Shown: positions 57,942-64,000 of the stretch, piece by piece | Layout: every line of letters begins with the position of its first letter | Position numbering within the stretch: position 1 is the stretch's first letter | From: an uncultured delta proteobacterium | GTDB taxonomy: Bacteria > Myxococcota_A > Polyangia > Haliangiales > Haliangiaceae | NCBI GenBank assembly: GCA_963848295.1 | Contig: CAWKDB010000010.1 | Location: 4,480,001-4,544,000, forward strand | Direction: 5' to 3' | DNA length: 64,000 bases | Position numbers and translations under genes: made by a program | The notes under the pieces: model-generated | The model's database searches: none | Told to the model about the DNA's origin: nothing | What the model saw: only the letters and a program-made list of their open reading frames with translations

Positions 57942-60833
57942 CTACGGGTGAGCGCGCTGCCACGCCTGAACCGCTGCCAGCTCTTTGCCCGGATTGGAAT
58001 CCGCTGGCGCCTTCAGCGCGGCGAGCCCGGCCACCGCAGACGCGGCGAGCGCGCGAGCCTCACCGCGATCGCCGTGCGAATCCCAGATCGCGCGCGCGAG
58101 CGAGAACCGGATGTCGGCGAGCGTGGTCGGATCGCCGTCGTAACCGGCGAGCAGCTTGACCGAGTGGCGCAGTGGATCGACCGCCGCGGCGGGATCACCG
58201 AGGCTGCGCTCGGCGTCGCCGATGCCGGCGAGCGCGTGAGCCTTGCCGGCGTACTCCGGCGGATCGACCTTGTCGCGGATCGCGAGCGCGATCTTGAACT
58301 CGGCCAGCGCTTCGCGCGGATGGCGGAGTGACGCTTCGAAGTCGGCGAATGCTTCGTGCGCGGCGGCGACCTCTTCGCTGTCGATGCCGACCGCGGCCTC
58401 GTCGACCTGGATCGCGCGCTGATAGCTCGCGCGCGCGTCGTCGGCGTGCCCGGAGCGCGACTGCGCATCGCCGAGCGCGGCCAAGAATTCGCCGAGCAGC
58501 TGCTGGTCTCCACCGGGACGATCGAAGATCTTAACGGCGCGGTCGAGCGCGACGACGGCCTCGGCCGGCCGCTCGAGCATCGTCAGCGCCATGCCGCGGC
58601 CGCCGAGGATGCGTCCGACCTCGAGATGGTCGGGCCCGAGCCGTGGCTCCGCGATCGCGAGCGCGCGATCGAAGCTCGCGAGCGCCTCGGTCCATTTGCC
58701 TTGGTTGTACTGGATGGTTCCGATCCCGCCGAGCACGGTCGCGATCTCTGGATGGTCAGCGCCGATCGCGGTCTCGAGGATCGCTCTCGCATGGTTGCCG
58801 AGCTCGAGTGCCTTGCCATTATCGCCGAGCGTCATCATGGCGCGCGACAGGTTCGCCAACGCCTCGCCGGCACCGCGGCTGTTCGCGCCGCCCGATCTGA
58901 CCTTGAGATCGTAGGCCGCTTGATACGCCGCACGCGCGTCCTCGTATTTATCCTGGTTCCAGAAGATCCCGGCGCGAGCGCCGGTGATCCGCGACTCGAT
59001 CTCGAGATCGCCACCAGCGCGCTTGAGCGCGGTGTCGGCCTGAAAGGCCCACTCGAGGCCTTCAGCGTACTTGGTCTCCATCGTGCCGACCACGAACACG
59101 AGCTCGGCCGCGATGCGCGCGGCGGACACGTCGTCTCGGCCGACCTCGGCGTCGGCGTACGCCTCGCGCAGCGTCGCCTCCGCTGCGTTCTCGGCCCCGA
59201 TGCCTTCCTCGGCCTCGCCGCGCACGAACAACGCAGCGGCCCGGGTCGGCGGGTGGTCGAGCGTGCGCGCCGACTCGACGGCTTTGGTCGCCGCCGCTCG
59301 CGCCTGCGGCCACATCGCGGCGTCGCGAAACGCGCGGGCTACCGCGATCTCTTGCGTGATGGCCGCGACCGCGGCGGCGTCGCGACCGGTCGGCGGCGGC
59401 ACCGGTGCGAGCAGCGCACGGACGTTCGCGCATTCGGCGAGCGACGGCAGCGTATCGGTCGCGCCGGCGGCGTGGCCGATCGACTCGCGATCGACGTTCG
59501 AGTACGCGCCGACCAGGGCGTCGGCTTCGGCCAGCGCCTGGGCGAGGCACGCGGAGCGCAGCGTGAAGATGTGATCCGATTGCTCGCCGCGGACGCGAGT
59601 CGCCTCGCAAGCGTCGGTCTGCGCGCCGACCCAGCGCTCGCCGAACTTCGTCATCCCGTCGTCGAACGCGTGCCACGTCGTCTCCGCGAACGGCACGCCG
59701 GTCGCTGCGAACCGCGCGTGCAGAGCCTCGGCGCGTTGCGGATTCCAGATCGCGGCGAACGTCGCCGCCGCGTCGCGGCACGGCAGCTCGTGCCACGCGA
59801 TCGAACGCGTCGCGAGCGCGGTGGCGCCGACGATCGCGGTGAACGCGAAAGCGCCGATGATGATCCGCGTGCGCGTTCGCATCCGGCGCGGCGACAGGGC
59901 CGCGAGCAGCGCGGTCATCGATGCAAAGCGCTTCGCGGGATCGACGTGCAGGCCGCGTTCGAGCACCGCGGTCGCGAACGGCGGCACCTTGCGCTTGGCC
60001 GGCCCGGCCGCGGGTCCGTACGCCATCTCCTCGGGCAGGTTCACCGCGAACGGCCTCAGCCCGTGCAGCGCTTGGTAGAGCGACACGCAGAACGCGAACT
60101 GATCCGACGCGGCGTTCGCGCCGCCATCCTCGAGCTGCTCGGGCGCCATGTACGCCGGCGTGCCCACGAGCTCGGTGCCGCCGTCGTGCCCGGCCGCGAG
60201 CCCGAAGTCGACGACGCGGACTCGCCCGTCGTTGCCGACCACGACGTTCTCCGGCTTGAAGTCGCGATGGACGAGCCCGGCGTCGTGAGCGGCGGCGAGC
60301 CCGCGCCCGGCCTGGCGAAACGCGTCCAGCACCTCGTCGGTCGAATGACTCGCCTTGATCCACGCGTCGAGGCTCGTGCCTTCGACCAGCTCCATCGCGA
60401 GCGCGAGATCGCCGTCGAGCTCGCCGAGATCGAGCGCGGTGACCACGTTCGGGTGCGACAGCCTCGCGAGCGCGCGCGCTTCGCGCTGGATCCGTTCGCG
60501 ATGCGCATCGCCGGGATGCAGCAGCTTGATCGCGATCGTGCGATCGAGCTCGGGATCGTGCGCGGCGTAGACCGCGCCCATCGCGCCCTTGCCGATCTGC
60601 TCCTTCACGACGTAACGGCCGACGCGCGTGCCGGCCGCGACCGCGGGCGGGACGACCTCGCTCGGTGGCACCGGCGTGCCGGTCGCGAGCCCCAACGAGC
60701 GGCGAACCAGCTCCGAGATCAGCTTGCGACACGCTTCGCATTCCGCGGTGTGCGCGTCGATCGCCGCGCGCTGCGCGGGCGCGAGCAGCGACTCCACGAG
60801 ATCGGTGACCGTATTTTCACCGAGACACGCCAT
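57942..60833 (-). CDS. zf-HC2 - Ser/Thr kinase - TM - TPR fusion protein
   Basis: N-terminal HTAECEAC; GKGAMG, IAIK, HRDFKPEN, DFG, GTPAYMAPE; TM helix; repeats GADHPEIA and LGPDHLEV. Confidence 0.92.
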   Translation of the reverse strand: MACLGENTVTDLVESLLAPAQRAAIDAHTAECEACRKLISELVRRSLGLATGTPVPPSEVVPPAVAAGTRVGRYVVKEQIGKGAMGAVYAAHDPELDRTIAIKLLHPGDAHRERIQREARALARLSHPNVVTALDLGELDGDLALAMELVEGTSLDAWIKASHSTDEVLDAFRQAGRGLAAAHDAGLVHRDFKPENVVVGNDGRVRVVDFGLAAGHDGGTELVGTPAYMAPEQLEDGGANAASDQFAFCVSLYQALHGLRPFAVNLPEEMAYGPAAGPAKRKVPPFATAVLERGLHVDPAKRFASMTALLAALSPRRMRTRTRIIIGAFAFTAIVGATALATRSIAWHELPCRDAAATFAAIWNPQRAEALHARFAATGVPFAETTWHAFDDGMTKFGERWVGAQTDACEATRVRGEQSDHIFTLRSACLAQALAEADALVGAYSNVDRESIGHAAGATDTLPSLAECANVRALLAPVPPPTGRDAAAVAAITQEIAVARAFRDAAMWPQARAAATKAVESARTLDHPPTRAAALFVRGEAEEGIGAENAAEATLREAYADAEVGRDDVSAARIAAELVFVVGTMETKYAEGLEWAFQADTALKRAGGDLEIESRITGARAGIFWNQDKYEDARAAYQAAYDLKVRSGGANSRGAGEALANLSRAMMTLGDNGKALELGNHARAILETAIGADHPEIATVLGGIGTIQYNQGKWTEALASFDRALAIAEPRLGPDHLEVGRILGGRGMALTMLERPAEAVVALDRAVKIFDRPGGDQQLLGEFLAALGDAQSRSGHADDARASYQRAIQVDEAAVGIDSEEVAAAHEAFADFEASLRHPREALAEFKIALAIRDKVDPPEYAGKAHALAGIGDAERSLGDPAAAVDPLRHSVKLLAGYDGDPTTLADIRFSLARAIWDSHGDRGEARALAASAVAGLAALKAPADSNPGKELAAVQAWQRAHP

Positions 60834-60864
60834 CGCGCCGGCGGCGAGACGCTACCATGCACGT

Positions 60865-61710
60865 GTGCGTCTCTCACGCGTGATCGTACGACAGCTGCCG
60901 ACCGAGCTGCGCCACGATCCGGACGCAGTAGACACTCGATTAGATGCGGCCCTCACCGACGCGCGCCGGCGCTGGCCGTCGGTCGAGCTCACGCCCGCGG
61001 TCTACCTCGGCTGGGTGGCCGCGCGCATCCCGGCGACCGCGCCGAGCGTCGAGCAAGCGCTCGACGGGCTGTGCCTCGCCGACCTCTACCTCGCGTGCGC
61101 CTGCGCCGCCGGCGATCCGAAGGCGCTGACCGCGTTCGAGCTCGCGTTCCTCGCCGGCGACACGCGGACCTCGGACGACGTCAAACAGCGCCTGCGCCAG
61201 CGCTTGTTCGTCCACGAGCCGGGTGCCGCGCCCGCGCGGATCGCGCTCTATGCCGGCCGCGGCGACCTGTCGCGCTGGGTGCGCGCGGCGATCGCGCGGA
61301 TGACGATCGACGAGGCGCGCGGCGCCCGCGAGATCCCGACCGAGGACGCGCTGATCGACGCGATCGGCATCGACCCGGGCCAGAGCCCGGAGCTCGCGCA
61401 CCTCAAGCAGGACGCGCGGTCGACGTTGCAGGCCGCGATCCGCGAAGCGGTGAGCAAGCTCGCAGATCGCGATCGCACGATGTTGCTCCAGCATTACATC
61501 GACGGCGTCGGGGTCGCCGAGCTCGGCAAGCTGTTCGATCTCGCGGCGTCGAACATCAGCCGGACGCTCGCGAAGGCGCGGTTGCAGCTCGTCGCCGAGA
61601 TCCGTCGGTCGTTGATGCGCGCCAAGAAGATCCGCGGCGACGAGCTCGACAGCCTCGTCGAGCTCGTGCGCAGCCAGCTCACGCTGACCAGCGGCCTGCG
61701 CAAGCGCTGA
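60865..61710 (+). CDS. Myxococcales-type sigma-70 family factor (TIGR03001-like)
   Basis: DLYLACACAAGD, YAGRGDLSRWVR, C-terminal HTH (LGKLFDLAASNISRTLAKAR); GTG start at 60865 or 60880. Confidence 0.8.
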   Translation: MRLSRVIVRQLPTELRHDPDAVDTRLDAALTDARRRWPSVELTPAVYLGWVAARIPATAPSVEQALDGLCLADLYLACACAAGDPKALTAFELAFLAGDTRTSDDVKQRLRQRLFVHEPGAAPARIALYAGRGDLSRWVRAAIARMTIDEARGAREIPTEDALIDAIGIDPGQSPELAHLKQDARSTLQAAIREAVSKLADRDRTMLLQHYIDGVGVAELGKLFDLAASNISRTLAKARLQLVAEIRRSLMRAKKIRGDELDSLVELVRSQLTLTSGLRKR

Positions 61711-61777
61711 ACCGCGTTCCCGAAAAACATCGCAAAACCGCGGCCGGGTGTCCGTCTCTTGCTCAAGGAGACATCAC

Positions 61778-62272
61778 ATGAAGGCCAGCAAGTTCATCGT
61801 TCTCGTCGGCGGCATCCTCGGCATCCTCGCGTTCTTCCTCCCGCTCGTGTCGGTCACGCGCGGCAACCTCACCGGCAAGGTCAGTGCGATGCAGATCGTC
61901 AAGGGCCTCGACGCGGTCAGCGTCGCGGTCGACAGCGCCGAGGCCCACGCGTCGATGGACGTCGCGACGAGCAGCGAGGCGAAGAAGGACGTCGGCGCGA
62001 TGAAGGGCATCGTGATGGCGGTGTTCGGACCGGCGGTGCTGCTCGCGCTGATCGGCGGCCTCGGCGTCGCGCGCAAGAAGTTCGGGCGCGGCGCGGGCAC
62101 GCTGTCGCTGTTGCTCGGCCTCATCGGCCTCGGCATCGCGGCGATCCTCAAGAGCGCGGCGGAGGGCGACTCCGGCATCGGCATCACGCTGCTGCTCGTC
62201 GCCGGCATCGCCGGCGTCGTCGGTGGCGTGCTCGCCCTCGCGAAGCCCGAGCGCGCGCTCGCGACCGCGTAG
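61778..62272 (+). CDS. Integral membrane protein (4 TM)
   Basis: AAGGAG RBS; LAFFLP motif; four hydrophobic segments. Confidence 0.8.
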   Translation: MKASKFIVLVGGILGILAFFLPLVSVTRGNLTGKVSAMQIVKGLDAVSVAVDSAEAHASMDVATSSEAKKDVGAMKGIVMAVFGPAVLLALIGGLGVARKKFGRGAGTLSLLLGLIGLGIAAILKSAAEGDSGIGITLLLVAGIAGVVGGVLALAKPERALATA

Positions 62273-62300
62273 ACCTCGTCCCAACTTCTCACCCACCGGA

Positions 62301-62846
62301 ATGAAAATGACCAAGCTCATCACGATCGTCGCGTGTCTCTCCCTCGTCACCGCTTGCAAGAAGAAGGACGCAGGTGGCGATCAATCCGCCCCCGGCGCCG
62401 CTCCGCCCGCGCCCGCCGCGAAGGCGGCCGAGCCCGCCGCCGGCCCGCCGGTCGACAAGAAGCTCGCGCAAGTCGGCGTCACGATCTCGGTCCCCGCCGA
62501 TGCGCACATCGATGAAGGCAAGATGGACATGGGCGGCATCCAGGCGACGGTCAGCTTCGACGGTATGCAGAACTTCTTCGTGTCGAACGTCAACGACAGC
62601 TCGGACAACCTCGATCGCACGATGAAGCAAGCCAACGCGAAGGACTGGAAGGTCCAGGACAAGGCGGCGGACGGCTCGACGTGGACGCTCGAATGGACCG
62701 CGCCGAGGATGAGCGATCCGTCGAAGATCGCGTACGGCGTCGCGGTGCGCTCGAAGGTCGGCGCGGCGCTCTACGACTGCGGCTCGAATGGCCTCGAGGA
62801 GGCGCAGGCGACCGCGCTGCTCAAGATCTGCACGTCGTTGAAGTAA
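62301..62846 (+). CDS. Hypothetical lipoprotein
   Basis: VTAC lipobox followed by KKK; Pro/Ala linker; C-terminal Cys pair. Confidence 0.8.
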   Translation: MKMTKLITIVACLSLVTACKKKDAGGDQSAPGAAPPAPAAKAAEPAAGPPVDKKLAQVGVTISVPADAHIDEGKMDMGGIQATVSFDGMQNFFVSNVNDSSDNLDRTMKQANAKDWKVQDKAADGSTWTLEWTAPRMSDPSKIAYGVAVRSKVGAALYDCGSNGLEEAQATALLKICTSLK

Positions 62847-62886
62847 CTCGCGCGCCCCGCGACATCGAGCGGCTCGCAGCTCCGGT

Positions 62887-63321
62887 TCAGCAGCCGGCGT
62901 CGGCGAGCGTCTTCACGAGCTTGGCGTCCTGATCCTTACAGGCCCCAGCCGTCGCGGTCTTCAACATGTCCTTCTTGTCCTTGTCGGTCTCGCTCTTGTA
63001 GCTGGCGACCACGTCCTTGAGGCCGCTGATCGCCGCGATCAGGCTGGCCTGACCCTCCTGGTTCAACTTCGTGCACGCGACGCCCTTCTTGAACGACGCG
63101 ATCAGCGCATCGCACTCGGGCAGCACGCCGGCCTCGGGTAGCATCGCGGTGGCGTCCTTGACCCAGGACGGCTCGGCGGGCTTGGCTTCGGCCGGCGGCG
63201 CCGCCTTGTCTGCGGGCGCGGCCTTGTCCGCGGCGGCTGGCTTATCGGCGCCGTCGTTGGCCTTCTTCTTACACGAGGCGAGCGCGAGCACGAGCATGAT
63301 AGCGATCGAGGTTCGTTGCAT
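62887..63321 (-). CDS. Hypothetical helical lipoprotein with Cys pairs
   Basis: LASC lipobox; LPECD, AC, AC and terminal GC. Confidence 0.8.
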   Translation of the reverse strand: MQRTSIAIMLVLALASCKKKANDGADKPAAADKAAPADKAAPPAEAKPAEPSWVKDATAMLPEAGVLPECDALIASFKKGVACTKLNQEGQASLIAAISGLKDVVASYKSETDKDKKDMLKTATAGACKDQDAKLVKTLADAGC

Positions 63322-63484
63322 GAGCGTGACTGTCGCGCGAACGGGGCGCAACCGCAACGCCTGGCGAGTCGACCTCGTGCGAAGAAATTACCCCGGGTGC
63401 GCTGCTGAATCTCGGCGCTGGTGGGGCACCGCGAGGACGACCACATTCTCGTGCTCGACCAGAAAGAACACCGGACGAAGGCGG

Positions 63485-64000
63485 CTACTCGCTGGTTTCG
63501 TCGTCGGCCCCCGGCTCGCGCGGCGCGGGCAGCGGGCGAGGCGGCAGGAGCTCGGGCTCGGTCTCGACCGGCGCGGCCATGAAGATCGCGGCGTCGAGCT
63601 TCTTGAACGTGCGCTTCTTGTACCACTCGAGCGCGGTCTCGTTGTTCTCGGCGACCTCGAGCACGAGGTGATTGAGCCCGTGGACGCGCGCGAGGTGATG
63701 CAGCTGCTCGAGCACGAACGAGCCGACGCCGCGACTGTGCATGCCGGGATGGACCGCGAGCTCGTCGACGAACAACGGGTTCATGTCGCGCTTCTCGAAG
63801 TAGCGCGGGTTGATCCAGTTGTCGGAGCCGGTGACCTCGTAGCTGCACTCGGCGTACGCGACGATCTCGCCTTCGATCTCGAAGATCAGCTGCTCGATGC
63901 CGTCTTCTTCGAACACCTCCTCGAACCGATGCTTCGAGCGCGGGCGCTGGTACTCGACGGTCTCGGCGTTGACCTCGCGAAAGCTGAGCTTCAGGAAGTC
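63485..64000 (-). CDS. GNAT family N-acetyltransferase (5'-truncated by the window edge)
   Basis: Frame is open to 64000; LAVHPGMHSRGVG; NETALEWYKKRTF. Confidence 0.88.
   Translation of the reverse strand, partial: DFLKLSFREVNAETVEYQRPRSKHRFEEVFEEDGIEQLIFEIEGEIVAYAECSYEVTGSDNWINPRYFEKRDMNPLFVDELAVHPGMHSRGVGSFVLEQLHHLARVHGLNHLVLEVAENNETALEWYKKRTFKKLDAAIFMAAPVETEPELLPPRPLPAPREPGADDETSE

Noticed and set aside
61731..61757. ECF-like promoter (GCAAAAC...CGTC) upstream of the membrane-protein gene
   Set aside because: The spacing is short and the match too weak to call without comparative data.
63322..63484. Possible ncRNA in the intergenic region
   Set aside because: No recognisable RNA family motif or convincing long stem by eye.

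Overview
A high-GC bacterial chromosomal segment, very likely Myxococcota (five eukaryote-like Ser/Thr kinases, a Myxococcales-type sigma-70 factor, many Cys-rich lipoproteins). Recognisable housekeeping and metabolic genes are pruA, speA, a HelD-like helicase, nadA, a TPP riboswitch with thiC, ligA, boxR-boxC-boxB (no boxA), an S1-domain protein, a TetR-SDR pair with two matching operators, nth and a full-length Lhr-type helicase. No rRNA, tRNA, transposase, integrase or cas gene was seen. The best candidate for an uncharacterised system is at about 29.4-36.2 kb. There an ECF sigma factor is translationally coupled to a protein that fuses a zf-HC2 anti-sigma finger, one TM helix, TPR-like repeats and a caspase-like CHAT protease with an intact His/Cys dyad, flanked by secreted and lipoprotein cargo genes. 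A parallel zf-HC2-kinase-TPR / sigma pair lies at 58-61.7 kb. Other points of note are a bacterial MMACHC/CblC-like protein, a triplicated palindromic unit over the nth start, a higher-order 19-21-bp tandem array, a 33-bp tandem array, and a 20-bp duplication of a gene 3' end bracketing a small Zn-ribbon gene. Family assignments come from motif recognition by eye, not database searches; start codons are best estimates.
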